From Bacillus subtilis subsp. subtilis str. 168 (lineage in GTDB: Bacteria; Bacillota; Bacilli; Bacillales; Bacillaceae), in contig NC_000964.3 in assembly GCF_000009045.1 (NCBI RefSeq), forward strand, positions 2,370,001-2,402,000: 32,000 bases of DNA, given 5' to 3'. Within the stretch, counting starts at the first letter, position 1. Every line of letters starts with the position of its first letter. Position numbers and translations under genes: made by a program. Of this stretch, positions 12,966 through 23,427 are shown one piece after another. The notes beneath the pieces are model-generated. The model had not been told where the DNA came from. It worked only from the letters and a program-made list of their open reading frames with translations, and did not search any database.

Positions 12966-13608
12966 TTTTCAGGCCCGCCTCTTCAAACAGGCCTGCCAGT
13001 TCCTTCATTCCAGGGAAATCTCTGGCTGATTCTTGAAGCCAAGAATATTCTTTATAGCTCTTCGCAAACAGTTTCCCGAAAAACGGCATAATATACTTAA
13101 AGTACATAAAGTAAGCCTGTCTGAATCCGAACATTTCCGGCTGGGACGTTTCCAGACATACCACCTGCCCGCCCGGCTTCACTACACGTCTCATCTCTTT
13201 CAGTACAGTCAAGTAATCAGGGACATTGCGGAGTCCGAAGCCAATGGTGACATAATCAAATGTATCATCATCAAAAGGAAGCTCCATCGCATTTCCGTGC
13301 AGCAGTTCAATTTGGCTGAATCCGCCGTCTTTTACTTTCTGCTCGCCGACACTCAGCATATTTTCACTGAAATCCAAGCCCTTGATCTCGCCGCTTTTGC
13401 CTGCCGCTTTTGCAAGAGCGATCGTCCAGTCAGCCGTTCCGCAGCAGACATCAAGTGCTTTTGCGCCTTCCTTTACATTCATGATGCGCATCGTTTTGTC
13501 GCGCCATTTTTTATGCTGCTGAAAACTGATGACAGAGTTCATTTGGTCATAATTTTTATATATTTTTTCAAATACTCCGTGTACGCGCTGTTCTTTTGAG
13601 TCCTGCAT
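12907..13608 (-). CDS. menH: Demethylmenaquinone methyltransferase (menH/menG, UbiE family)
   Basis: 233 aa; [13 protein letters not shown] motif and FGLRNVPDY. Located between the hepS and hepT subunit genes. Confidence 0.95.
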   Translation of the reverse strand: MQDSKEQRVHGVFEKIYKNYDQMNSVISFQQHKKWRDKTMRIMNVKEGAKALDVCCGTADWTIALAKAAGKSGEIKGLDFSENMLSVGEQKVKDGGFSQIELLHGNAMELPFDDDTFDYVTIGFGLRNVPDYLTVLKEMRRVVKPGGQVVCLETSQPEMFGFRQAYFMYFKYIMPFFGKLFAKSYKEYSWLQESARDFPGMKELAGLFEEAGLKNVKYHSFTGGVAATHIGWK

Positions 13609-13614
13609 AATGGT

Positions 13615-14406
<792 letters not shown>

Positions 14407-14453
14407 TTAATCTATGTATGAGTTTTATCTTTTCATTCGCTTACGCAGGTATC

Positions 14454-14462
14454 ATTATAGCA
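14454..14462 (-). promoter_or_regulatory. Candidate extended -10 promoter for hepS-menH-hepT
   Basis: The minus strand reads TGCTATAAT (TG-N-TATAAT), 84 nt upstream of the hepS start. No good -35 seen. Confidence 0.5.
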
Positions 14463-14477
14463 TAAAAAAAAGAAATT

Positions 14478-14530
14478 GGCTGTATCCTCCCGCTGTTTGC
14501 GAGCATTTGCTTTTAACAGCGGGGACAGCC
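14478..14530 (-). terminator. Rho-independent terminator after mtrB
   Basis: GGCTGTCCCCGCTGTT ... AACAGCGGGAGGATACAGCC followed by a T-rich run on the minus strand, starting 4 nt past the mtrB stop. Confidence 0.85.
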
Positions 14531-14533
14531 AGC

Positions 14534-14761
14534 TTATTTTTTTTCGCTTTTCATTTCTCCGTACGCGGTTTGAATCAGTGCCTCTCCTCTGACTTTAATG
14601 GCAGAAGTATGCTCTGTAAACTGAGCGATGATCACTTCTCCCTTGTCGAGTTTTTCGGAATGGTGAAACTTTGTGTCTGTTCCTCTTGTCAGGCCGATCA
14701 CATTCACTCCGTCCTCAACGGCTTTAATGACGACAAAATCACTTGAATGCTTTTGGTTCAT
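14534..14761 (-). CDS. mtrB: Transcription attenuation protein TRAP (trp RNA-binding attenuation protein)
   Basis: 75 aa [59 protein letters not shown]...; recognised TRAP sequence. Confidence 0.98.
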   Translation of the reverse strand: MNQKHSSDFVVIKAVEDGVNVIGLTRGTDTKFHHSEKLDKGEVIIAQFTEHTSAIKVRGEALIQTAYGEMKSEKK

Positions 14762-14782
14762 TTATAGCACCCTCTATCTTTA

Positions 14783-15355
14783 TTAGTCCTGGCGTTTAAT
14801 ATGTTCCAATACTTCTGCACGGGCAGCGGCATCATCTTTAAAAACGCCTCTGACTGCTGAAGTCACAGTTTTCGCACCCGGTTTTCTTACACCGCGCATC
14901 GTCATGCACATGTGTTCCGCTTCAACCACTACCATTACGCCATGCGGATCAAGCGTTTCTACGATGCTTTCTGCAATTGTAGAAGTGATGCGTTCCTGAA
15001 GCTGCGGGCGCTTTGCAACGGCTTCAACGGCACGTGCCAGTTTGCTGAGTCCTGTGACCTTTCCGCCTCGCGGGATATATGCAACATGTGCTTTTCCATA
15101 AAAGGGAACAAGGTGATGCTCACACATAGAATGAAACGCTATATCTTTTACAAGAACAAGCTCCTCATGGTTTTCACCGAAGATAGTCTGGAAATGTTCT
15201 TTTGGATCTTCATTCAAGCCGGAGAATACTTCGGCATACATCTTTGCGACTCTTTTCGGAGTATCAAGAAGCCCTTCTCTATTCGGGTCTTCTCCGATCG
15301 CTTCTAAAATTTGACGAACAGCTTGTTCGATTTGCTCTTTATTAACTTCTTTCAT
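14783..15355 (-). CDS. folE: GTP cyclohydrolase I (folE, also mtrA)
   Basis: 190 aa; [20 protein letters not shown] and QERIT motifs. Confidence 0.97.
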   Translation of the reverse strand: MKEVNKEQIEQAVRQILEAIGEDPNREGLLDTPKRVAKMYAEVFSGLNEDPKEHFQTIFGENHEELVLVKDIAFHSMCEHHLVPFYGKAHVAYIPRGGKVTGLSKLARAVEAVAKRPQLQERITSTIAESIVETLDPHGVMVVVEAEHMCMTMRGVRKPGAKTVTSAVRGVFKDDAAARAEVLEHIKRQD

Positions 15356-15392
15356 GTTCTATGTCCTCCACCAATGAATACATTTAATTTCG

Positions 15393-15401
15393 ATTCTAGC
15401 A
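15393..15401 (-). promoter_or_regulatory. Candidate extended -10 promoter for folE-mtrB
   Basis: The minus strand reads TGCTAGAAT (TG-N-TAGAAT), about 38 nt upstream of the folE ATG. Confidence 0.5.
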
Positions 15402-15461
15402 CATATGCCCCGCTAAAAGCAAAGTGAATGCCCTGTCAGGAAGCCCATGCTCTTGAAATAT

Positions 15462-15488
15462 GAAAAGCCCCTTAGAAAGGGGCTTTTC
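15462..15488 (-). terminator. Rho-independent terminator after hbs
   Basis: GAAAAGCCCCTT-TCT-AAGGGGCTTTTC: perfect 12-bp stem downstream of the hbs stop. Confidence 0.88.
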
Positions 15489-15542
15489 TGTGAAGAAATA
15501 AAGTGTATGTAAGCTAGATGCATACACGATCTATATTCACAA

Positions 15543-15821
15543 TTATTTTCCGGCAACTGCGTCTTTAAGCGCTTTACCTGGTTTGAAAGCAGGTACTTTG
15601 CTTGCTGGAATTTCGATTTCTTCACCTGTTTGAGGATTGCGTCCTTTACGTGCAGAACGTTCACGCACCTCGAAGTTACCAAAACCGATCAGTTGGATTT
15701 TATCACCGTTTTTAAGTGCATCTAAGATCGTATCAAAAACAGAGTCAACTGCTTTTGTAGCGTCTTTTTTAGACAATTCGCTTGCTTCTGCAACCGCATT
15801 GATAAGTTCTGTTTTGTTCAT
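15543..15821 (-). CDS. hbs: DNA-binding protein HBsu (HU family)
   Basis: 92 aa [69 protein letters not shown]. Confidence 0.98.
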   Translation of the reverse strand: MNKTELINAVAEASELSKKDATKAVDSVFDTILDALKNGDKIQLIGFGNFEVRERSARKGRNPQTGEEIEIPASKVPAFKPGKALKDAVAGK

Positions 15822-16008
15822 GCCTTTCACCTCCTCCCAAAAGGATACATTCAGTTCGTTTATTATCATTTCTTCACAGTTCAGTCTGATTCTAAACCTG
15901 TCTCAGAAAAAAATGAGAGCAAGTAAGAGAAAGACAATTAAACGGCTTTTTAAGAAAAACTGCACTCTGAGGAATGTTTGTCCAACAAAGTGAAGAATTT
16001 CTGTATGT

Positions 16009-16037
16009 AGAGTAACACATATAAAAAGCCATATCAA
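16009..16037 (-). promoter_or_regulatory. Candidate sigma-A promoter for hbs
   Basis: TTGATA (16037..16032), 17-bp spacer, TACTCT (16014..16009) on the minus strand. Confidence 0.45.
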
Positions 16038-16161
16038 GCATTTTAAAGCGTCAATCCCTTGCTCGTCAAGGATTTAAGGTGATTTACCGAACGAATATTC
16101 CTTTTTTTCCTTTTTTCATCCTATTCCTTGATCCTTTTCCATTATTAAGAGCAAAGAAAAA

Positions 16162-16187
16162 AGACCTCCCATTCTATAAAGAGGTCT
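16162..16187 (-). terminator. Rho-independent terminator after spoIVA
   Basis: AGACCTC ... GAGGTCTTTTTTTC on the minus strand, just past the spoIVA stop (16195). Confidence 0.87.
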
Positions 16188-16194
16188 ACCGGTA

Positions 16195-17673
16195 TTACAG
16201 GATGATGGCGATTAAGCCGCCAGAGCCTTCGTTTATGATTCTTTCTAATGTTTCTTTTAATTTATACCGTGCGTTTTCAGGCATCAATGACAGCTTTGCC
16301 TGAATCCCTTCTCTCACAATTGAGCTCAGCGACCTTCCGAAGATATCGGAATTCCAGATGGAGAGCGGATCATCCTCAAAGTCCTGCATTAAATAGCGTA
16401 CAAGCTCTTCACTTTGTTTTTCCGTTCCGATAATCGGGGCGAATTCGCTTTCGACATCTACTTTGATCATATGGATCGACGGAGCGACAGCTTTCAGCCT
16501 CACACCGAATCGCGAGCCCTGCCTTATAATTTCCGGCTCATCGAGACTCATATCAGCTAAAGCAGGCGCTGCAATGCCGTATCCCGTCTGTTTGACCATT
16601 TTTAAGGCATCAGACACTTGATCATATTCTGTTTTCGCATGGGCGAAGTCTTGCATGAGCTCAAGCAGATGGTCTCTTCCTCTGATTTCGACGCCCACAA
16701 CTTCTTTTAGGATTTGATCATATAGATGATCAGGCGCGTACAAATCAATTTCTGCCACCCCTTGGCCCAGCTCAATTCCGGCTAATCCGGCACTTTCAAT
16801 GAATTCAAACTCGCTGAATTGGCCGACAACCCTGTCTACGTCCCGGAGCCGTTTAATATCCTTAACCGTTTCCTTCACGGACTCCTGATAGCTTTCACGC
16901 AACCAATGGTTTTCTTTCAGCACCATTACCCAGCTTGGGAGATTGACATTCACTTCTAGCACCGGAAACTCGTAGAGGGCCTCTCTGAGCACACTCAGCA
17001 CATCTGATTCCCGCATGCTCTCTACACTCATTGCCAATACCGGGATATCATATTTTTCGCTTAAATCCTGGCGCATGGCTTCCGTTTCCGGGTGATACGG
17101 CCTGACTGAGTTGATGACCATAATAAAAGGTTTGCCAACCTCTTTCAGCTCTTCAATGACTCTTTCTTCAGCCTCTATATAGTCACTTCTGGCGATATCT
17201 CCAATGGTGCCGTCTGTCGTAATGACAACTCCGATGGTCGAGTGTTCTTGAATGACTTTTCGTGTGCCGATTTCAGCAGCCTCATGAAATGGGATCGGTT
17301 CTTCGTACCAAGGCGTATTGATCATCCGCGGCCCGTTTTCATCTTCATATCCTTTAGCGCCGGGCACTGTGTAACCTACACAATCTACTAATCTTATATT
17401 CACATCGAGTCCGTCTGACACATGAACAGACATCGCCTGATTCGGAACAAATTTAGGCTCTGTAGTCATAATGGTTTTGCCGGCTGCGCTCTGCGGCAGT
17501 TCATCCTGCGCTCGGGCCCGGTCTGCTTCGTTACTGATATTCGGGAGCACCACAAGCTCCATAAATTTTTTAATGAACGTGGATTTTCCTGTACGGACAG
17601 CACCTACGACTCCTAAGTATATATCGCCTCCTGTTCGTTCAGCGATATCCTTGAAAATATCGACCTTTTCCAA
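16195..17673 (-). CDS. spoIVA: Stage IV sporulation protein A, spore coat morphogenetic ATPase; probable TTG start at 17673
   Basis: 492 aa EKVDIFKDIAERTGGDIYLGVVGAVRTGKSTFIKKFMELVVLPNI...; Walker A-like GAVRTGKST. Confidence 0.97.
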   Translation of the reverse strand: MEKVDIFKDIAERTGGDIYLGVVGAVRTGKSTFIKKFMELVVLPNISNEADRARAQDELPQSAAGKTIMTTEPKFVPNQAMSVHVSDGLDVNIRLVDCVGYTVPGAKGYEDENGPRMINTPWYEEPIPFHEAAEIGTRKVIQEHSTIGVVITTDGTIGDIARSDYIEAEERVIEELKEVGKPFIMVINSVRPYHPETEAMRQDLSEKYDIPVLAMSVESMRESDVLSVLREALYEFPVLEVNVNLPSWVMVLKENHWLRESYQESVKETVKDIKRLRDVDRVVGQFSEFEFIESAGLAGIELGQGVAEIDLYAPDHLYDQILKEVVGVEIRGRDHLLELMQDFAHAKTEYDQVSDALKMVKQTGYGIAAPALADMSLDEPEIIRQGSRFGVRLKAVAPSIHMIKVDVESEFAPIIGTEKQSEELVRYLMQDFEDDPLSIWNSDIFGRSLSSIVREGIQAKLSLMPENARYKLKETLERIINEGSGGLIAIIL

Positions 17674-17743
17674 GTGATCCCCTCCCGGACTTCCTATCCT
17701 TTTCAATTTTATTAAGCTCTTTCAATCAAACACAGGACACTAT

Positions 17744-17775
17744 ATGTGTATGACGTTGTCCTATTTGAATATGAC
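17744..17775 (-). promoter_or_regulatory. Candidate sigma-E promoter of spoIVA
   Basis: The minus strand reads GTCATATT (17775..17768), 15 nt, CATACACAT (17752..17744); resembles the sigma-E consensus upstream of a known mother-cell gene. Confidence 0.6.
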
Positions 17776-17817
17776 ATCTTTAGAAAATTTCTCATCCTCA
17801 ATCTATTAATATAAAAA

Positions 17818-17854
17818 AACCTTTCTCCCTATTTGTATGCAAGGGAGAAAGGTT
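17818..17854 (-). terminator. Rho-independent terminator overlapping the yphF stop
   Basis: AACCTTTCTCCCT ... AGGGAGAAAGGTTTTTTTAT: perfect 13-bp stem plus T tract. Confidence 0.88.
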
Positions 17855-18588
17855 CATTCCTTTTTCATATCATTTTCTAAAAAAACAGGTTCCTGTTTGT
17901 CATTTACCGTATATTTTACAGAAAACGCGGGGACAAAGGGGGTTTCATGCCAAATCATATCCTGGATTTCAGTCCCGGGTTTAAACGTTTTTTTGCTTTT
18001 TTTGAGGCAAGAAGCCAGCTCAGTCCGGTAATCGGCATATATTTCTCCGTCTCCGTCAATCATAAGCGGCAAGGAATTCCCTGAGATTGGGCTTGTCACT
18101 GTAAGAGAGCTGCCATCCCCAAGCTTCTTCTCATCGAGTGTAAATAAATCACGAGATAGCACATCCTTGTAAGGCGGATATTGATGCTCCTGACGATACA
18201 TTTGGATGCGCAATTTCACATCGCGAATTTTTTCTGCCATCTTTAGATCAATTAATTTAACAGTCGGATCGTTCTCTACGTCAACAAGCACGTATTGATA
18301 GTCTCCCCCGCTTTCAAATGCCGTACTTGGAGGTTCAGCTATGTATCTTGGCGCTAACCGGTTAAAGTCTATCGGATATTTTTGATATAGCGGTGTCGAC
18401 ATATCTTTGGTTTGAATAGGAAGCAGCCCTCCATTTGCCTTTTGAAATTCATCAACAGCAGATTGAACCTGCTTTAGCTGGTCTTGATAAGGAATGGCAT
18501 GCACACTGCTTTTCCGTTCATTTGGATATAAACATCCGGATAAAAACACGACTGCCGCAAAAATGATTGCGCACTTCAGTTTACCCAT
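17854..18588 (-). CDS. yphF: Putative lipoprotein YphF
   Basis: 244 aa; N-terminal [22 protein letters not shown] lipobox (LSGC). Function not inferable from sequence. Confidence 0.88.
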
Positions 18589-18609
18589 ACAGCACTTCCT
18601 TTTACAGCT

Positions 18610-18813
18610 TTATTCATTGACAGGGCCGCTAAAAACCACGACAAACACAATAATTCCAGATATGAGCATACACATGTATGCGAATGATGAAATCGCAATC
18701 TTCAAAAAACGGTTTTGGCACTTAAAGCGGCTTAAATAGATGGAAGCTACAGCCAGAAACATCAGACCCATGGACCCTAGAGCAAACCACATTTTCATCA
18801 ATGCCAGATTCAA
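18610..18813 (-). CDS. yphE: Small membrane protein YphE, TTG start
   Basis: 67 aa (M)NLALMKMWFALGSMGLMFLAVASIYLS...FAYMCMLISGIIVFVVVFSGPVNE with two hydrophobic segments. TTG at 18813 is preceded by GGGGAGG. The upstream part of the track ORF crosses a terminator. Confidence 0.8.
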   Translation of the reverse strand: MNLALMKMWFALGSMGLMFLAVASIYLSRFKCQNRFLKIAISSFAYMCMLISGIIVFVVVFSGPVNE

Positions 18814-18919
18814 TGACGTGCGCCTCCCCGATATGTAAGATATAAGCGTTATATTATATTTTAATATACAGCGCCGGAAAAGATCAACCAGATTTTCCAT
18901 CCATTGATAGAACAAAAAA

Positions 18920-18951
18920 ACTGAAGCAAAGAGGGGGACCTTCGCTTCAGT
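18920..18951 (-). terminator. Rho-independent terminator between gpsA and yphE
   Basis: ACTGAAGC ... GCTTCAGTTTTTTTG on the minus strand. Confidence 0.82.
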
Positions 18952-19150
18952 CAACTTGACTATATTCACCTGCACGTTTAAGAAACACTCTCTTGGACTT
19001 CGATGCTATAGTATGCGACTTGGCATACAGATGCATCCTCTATTGCCTAAATCGGCAAAATGTTTCAGGAGATCCCAAGACTTGGGTGTTCTTCTGTTTT
19101 TCGGGCTTTCGTTCAATTAAGATATGCGATTCACCATTTGATTGACACTT

Positions 19151-20188
19151 TTACTTCACTTGATTTTCAAACGTATTTACCAAATCCTCCATCTCGTGGG
19201 TTTTCCCTCTCGCCATTAAAGATTCAACAGCGGTTTCCACTTTTTGTCCGTTGAATAGGACCTGATGGAGAGCTTCTGTAATCGGCATTTTAACATCATA
19301 TTTCTTCGAAAGCTGATAAGCCGCTTTCGTCGTGCGGACGCCTTCGACTACCATTCCCATCTCTTCAAGAACATCTTCAAGCTTGTACCCTTTTCCGAGC
19401 AAATTGCCCGCACGCCAGTTTCTGGAATGAACACTTGTGCACGTCACAATCAGATCGCCTACTCCTGTCAATCCAGAGAACGTCAAGGGATTTCCGCCCA
19501 TTTTCGTTCCGAGTCTCGCGATTTCGGCAAGTCCGCGTGTAATCAAAGCAGCTTTGGCATTGTCACCGTACCCTAAACCATCTGTAATTCCTGCAGCAAG
19601 GGCAATAATATTTTTTAAAGCCCCTCCGATTTCAACTCCGATAATGTCAGGATTTGTGTACACCCGAAAATTGTGATTAATAAATAGATCCTGCACCTCT
19701 TCTGCTGCCCTCATGCTCTTTGAAGATGCAGTAACAGTTGTGGGGTGCCGCAGCCCTACTTCTTCCGCATGACTCGGGCCGGAAAGGACAACGATATCTT
19801 TTCTGACATCACTCGGGAGCTCAATTTCCATAATTTCAGAAATGCGCAGAAGTGAATCTGGCTCAATACCCTTGCTGACATGAACAAAGACTGCCTTTTT
19901 CGTTATAAAAGGGACAGCCTGTCTCAGCACTTCCCGAATTGCTTTTGTCGGGACCGCAACGATAATGACATCTGCGTCTGAAACAGCCTCTTTCATATCT
20001 GTTGTTCCTTTAATGGATGTAGACAGCTTAACATTCGGCAAATAATCTTTGTTTTCATGCAACTCATTAATTTGATGAATTAAATCTGCACGGTGAGCCC
20101 ACACACACACTTCATTTCCATTATCAGTTAGAACTAAAGCCAGTGCTGTTCCCCAACTCCCCGCTCCAAGCATTGTGACTTTTTTCAT
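19151..20188 (-). CDS. gpsA: Glycerol-3-phosphate dehydrogenase (NAD(P)+)
   Basis: 345 aa; GAGSWGTALA, ALKNIIALAAGITDGLGYG and GLGDLIVTC motifs. Confidence 0.97.
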   Translation of the reverse strand: MKKVTMLGAGSWGTALALVLTDNGNEVCVWAHRADLIHQINELHENKDYLPNVKLSTSIKGTTDMKEAVSDADVIIVAVPTKAIREVLRQAVPFITKKAVFVHVSKGIEPDSLLRISEIMEIELPSDVRKDIVVLSGPSHAEEVGLRHPTTVTASSKSMRAAEEVQDLFINHNFRVYTNPDIIGVEIGGALKNIIALAAGITDGLGYGDNAKAALITRGLAEIARLGTKMGGNPLTFSGLTGVGDLIVTCTSVHSRNWRAGNLLGKGYKLEDVLEEMGMVVEGVRTTKAAYQLSKKYDVKMPITEALHQVLFNGQKVETAVESLMARGKTHEMEDLVNTFENQVK

Positions 20189-20205
20189 GTTTGATTCACA
20201 CCTTT

Positions 20206-21516
20206 TTATTTTCTAGCTCTTGCAAATATTTTGATTGGTGTCCCCTCAAAACCGAACGCGTCTCTGATTCGGTTTTCTAAAAACCGTTCGTATGAAAAAT
20301 GCATCAGTTCCGGATCGTTTACAAACACAACGAAGCTTGGCGGCTTTACCGACACTTGAGTCGCATAGTAAATTTTCAAACGAGAACCGTTATGAGTCGG
20401 TGTCGGATTCATTGCCACAGCGTCCATGATGACATCATTTAAGACGTTTGTTTGAACTCGAAGTGAATGATTTTCACTAGCTTTGATAATCGCAGGCATC
20501 AGAGTATGGATCCGTTTTTTCGTTAAGGCAGACATAAATAGGATTGGCGCATAATCCAGAAATTGAAAATGATCGCGAATATTTTCTTCAAATTCTTTCA
20601 TCGTGCTCTCATCTTTGTCAACAGCATCCCATTTGTTTACGACGATGACGACGGCCTTGCCCGCTTCGTGTGCATAACCGGCGATACGCTTGTCCTGTTC
20701 AATAATGCCTTCTTCGCCATCCAGCACAACCGCCACGACTTCTGAGCGGTCAATCGCTTTTAGCGCCCGCAGTACACTATACTTCTCAGTCGTTTCATAG
20801 ACTTTCCCTTTTTTTCGCATACCTGCAGTATCGACAATGACAAACTCCTGCTGGTTGTAAGTAAATGACGTATCAACAGCATCTCTTGTCGTTCCAGCCA
20901 CGTTGCTGACAATAACGCGTTCTTCGCCGAGCATCGCATTCACAAGTGAAGACTTTCCGACATTTGGACGTCCGATCAGACAGAATTGAATAACTTCTTC
21001 ATTGTATTTCGTTTCAGGAATGTTTTTAAAATGCTCTGCAACGGCATCCAGTAAATCACCCAGTCCGAGTCCGTGTGTTCCCGAAATTGGATACGGCTCG
21101 CCAAAGCCTAGCGAATAAAAATCATAAATATTCGCTCTCATTTCTGTGTTATCCAGTTTATTAACCGCTAAAACAACAGGCTTTTTTGTGCGGTACAAAA
21201 TTTTCGCCACTTCTTCATCAGCAGCTGTCACGCCTTCACGGCCGTTCACCATAAAAATAATCACGTCCGCTTCATCCATGGCGATTTCAGCTTGCTGGCG
21301 AATCTGCGCTAAAAACGGCTCATCACCGATATCAATACCGCCCGTATCAATCAAATTAAAATCATAATTCAGCCATTCAGCCGAGCTGTATATCCGATCC
21401 CTTGTCACGCCAGGGGTATCTTCTACTATTGAAATTCTTTCTCCCGCAATCCGGTTAAAGATTGTGGATTTTCCTACATTTGGTCTCCCGACAATGGCTA
21501 CGACAGGTTTACCCAT
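20206..21516 (-). CDS. der: Ribosome-associated GTPase Der/EngA (YphC)
   Basis: 436 aa with two tandem G domains: [14 protein letters not shown] and [15 protein letters not shown]. Confidence 0.98.
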
Positions 21517-21607
21517 AGTACCCTTCCTTTCAATCCAGCCGCTTTCATTTTTACATAAATTTTCAACCGGTTATTAAAATCATTTCATTCACTTTTATGA
21601 AAAGAAA

Positions 21608-21623
21608 CCCTTCAGAGGAAGGG
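21608..21623 (-). terminator. Short hairpin downstream of ypzH, probable terminator
   Basis: CCCTTC-CTCT-GAAGGG followed by TTTCTTTTC on the minus strand. Confidence 0.65.
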
Positions 21624-21669
21624 CTTAACTCATTTATTATATCAGTTTTTACTGGGATCACAACTATTC

Positions 21670-21864
21670 TTAAAAATGTTTCACGATCAAATACACGTCA
21701 TCTCCGATTCTGTGAGCTATTCCATCAAGGATCGCCTCAAGATTTTTAGCGAAAAGCTCCATCTCCTTTTGGTCATTGCAAAAAAAGACAGGTGCTCCCC
21801 CTGCAACCCGATTTCGATTTGTCGTGATTACAGACAAAATCACTTTCGTAAGAGATTCACTCAT
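21670..21864 (-). CDS. ypzH: YpzH-like small protein, putative capping-complex partner of the YIEGIA protein
   Basis: 64 aa MSESLTKVILSVITTNRNRVAGGAPVFFCNDQKEMELFAKNLEAILDGIAHRIGDDVYLIVKHF; 4-nt overlap with the yphB stop. Confidence 0.78.
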   Translation of the reverse strand: MSESLTKVILSVITTNRNRVAGGAPVFFCNDQKEMELFAKNLEAILDGIAHRIGDDVYLIVKHF

Positions 21865-22754
21865 CCTATCACCTTATCCTGATTCTTGATAAATTCAGTC
21901 GGCATTCTAATCGCATTTTCCAGGGTTGGAACATTGCTAATAATTTGAACAGCCGTTTCGGGATGGTGAATTTGCGGGAGAACAAATACTGCCACTCTCC
22001 CATCATTTAAATCCCGTTTTGCAATTGGTGTCAAAGATGGCTCTCCTGAATCCCGATAAACCCCGAGCACATTGGAAACATCAAATAAAATGGCCTGACG
22101 CTGCCCTAAATTTGCTATCGTCGCTGCTGAATTAAAGTTTTTCGGCGTCAAAATAAAGCCCATGCCATGCTTTAAAATCAGTTCCTGTTTCTCTGGAAGC
22201 CCGATATTCATCATATAAATATTATCAACAAACAGTCCCGGACCGTCAAAGCGCGGCTTTATGTACTCGATATCTACAATATCCTTCAACACACTGCCCG
22301 ACATAAACTTCATGGCCAGTAAAAAACAAACGACAGCCGCTATGACTGCAGCCCAGATGGATAAAAACACATACGCAGAGGTTGTCAAAAGCGCTGTAAA
22401 GATCACAATATAATTTCTGCTTTCAAACGCAATGGCAATCCCCTCAATATATGTGCTTCCCCTTGAGACAAGTTCATACGAATCCATTTGCGTCAATGTG
22501 TTCCGCTCCATGTTTCGGACATCTCTAAATTGCGTCGCTGCCAATGTTAAAAATGTGATGGCCGTAAATTCCTCCTGCAAAAGCGCCGGCATAATAATTG
22601 CACCTAAACCAGCCGCTATCAACCCCAGTGCGATGTGAATCACTTTCCCATGAACATAGGTCGGATACTGGCGGTAATCCGTTTTCAGCATATAAAGCCT
22701 TGTCGCAATTCCGGCAATGACCCCAGCAATAATCGGATAGATGTAATCACTCAT
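21861..22754 (-). CDS. yphB: YIEGIA-domain membrane protein YphB
   Basis: 297 aa; literal YIEGIA motif (RGSTYIEGIAIAF) and several hydrophobic segments. Confidence 0.88.
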   Translation of the reverse strand: MSDYIYPIIAGVIAGIATRLYMLKTDYRQYPTYVHGKVIHIALGLIAAGLGAIIMPALLQEEFTAITFLTLAATQFRDVRNMERNTLTQMDSYELVSRGSTYIEGIAIAFESRNYIVIFTALLTTSAYVFLSIWAAVIAAVVCFLLAMKFMSGSVLKDIVDIEYIKPRFDGPGLFVDNIYMMNIGLPEKQELILKHGMGFILTPKNFNSAATIANLGQRQAILFDVSNVLGVYRDSGEPSLTPIAKRDLNDGRVAVFVLPQIHHPETAVQIISNVPTLENAIRMPTEFIKNQDKVIG

Positions 22755-23350
22755 GACATTTTGGTAGCTCCTTTGTTTGATCTTTTGCTTTTCTGACCAA
22801 TCTGGCTTGCGAGGTGTTCGTATTTAGATATGCCAAACAGCAATATCATCCCCGCAGAACACGCATTCAGCCATTGAAAGCCGCCGACAGCCATAGCCCC
22901 GGCCAACTTCTGGATCACAAATGAATACACCAGTTCGCCTTGGCACATCCCTAGGACAAATAAGACAAGCTGCTTCTCAAAATTCCTTTCAACAGAAGCT
23001 GTTAAAAGCACTATTAATATAACAGCAGCCCACTCAGGTTTTATGATGAACCAAACCGGGTCATATAATGCAAAAAGATAAACAAACGCATACGCGGCAA
23101 CAAGCGTCAGATAGACCATGATGTAACGAAAACGATACATTCCCAAATACCCGGCATAGACACATCCGCAAACGAAAAACATCAAATATGCAGCATTCAG
23201 GGAAAAATATAAAGCGATGTCATGTATGCTTAGAATAATATTAGTTAAAATAAAGACAGAGACGGCAATTCGTCTTTTCGTCTTTTCAAAAATAAATGTT
23301 GTCAGAACCCACAGAAACCACATTGACCAATAGTAATAAAATTGTTCCAT
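22751..23350 (-). CDS. yphA: Multi-pass membrane protein YphA
   Basis: 199 aa with multiple predicted transmembrane segments; 4-nt overlap with the yphB start. Confidence 0.85.
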   Translation of the reverse strand: MEQFYYYWSMWFLWVLTTFIFEKTKRRIAVSVFILTNIILSIHDIALYFSLNAAYLMFFVCGCVYAGYLGMYRFRYIMVYLTLVAAYAFVYLFALYDPVWFIIKPEWAAVILIVLLTASVERNFEKQLVLFVLGMCQGELVYSFVIQKLAGAMAVGGFQWLNACSAGMILLFGISKYEHLASQIGQKSKRSNKGATKMS

Positions 23351-23427
23351 TTTACTTCCTCCATATTCCCAGTATGGAGTTCAAGCACATTTTTTAAACA
23401 ATCGATCTCACATTAAGGAGTATGATC

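Noticed and set aside
13033-13599. 188-aa plus-strand ORF
   Set aside because: Antisense shadow of menH; the product matches no family I recognise.
15413-15682. 89-aa minus-strand ORF
   Set aside because: Overlaps hbs in another frame and contains the hbs terminator inverted repeat, so it is unlikely to be translated.
15637-15993. 118-aa plus-strand ORF
   Set aside because: Antisense to hbs and its leader, with no ribosome binding site or domain support.
18814-18975. N-terminal extension of the track ORF containing yphE
   Set aside because: The extension crosses the strong terminator at 18920-18951. A TTG start at 18813 with GGGGAGG is a better fit.
19060-19254. 64-aa plus-strand ORF near the end of gpsA
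   Set aside because: Partly antisense to gpsA, no clear SD and no recognised family.
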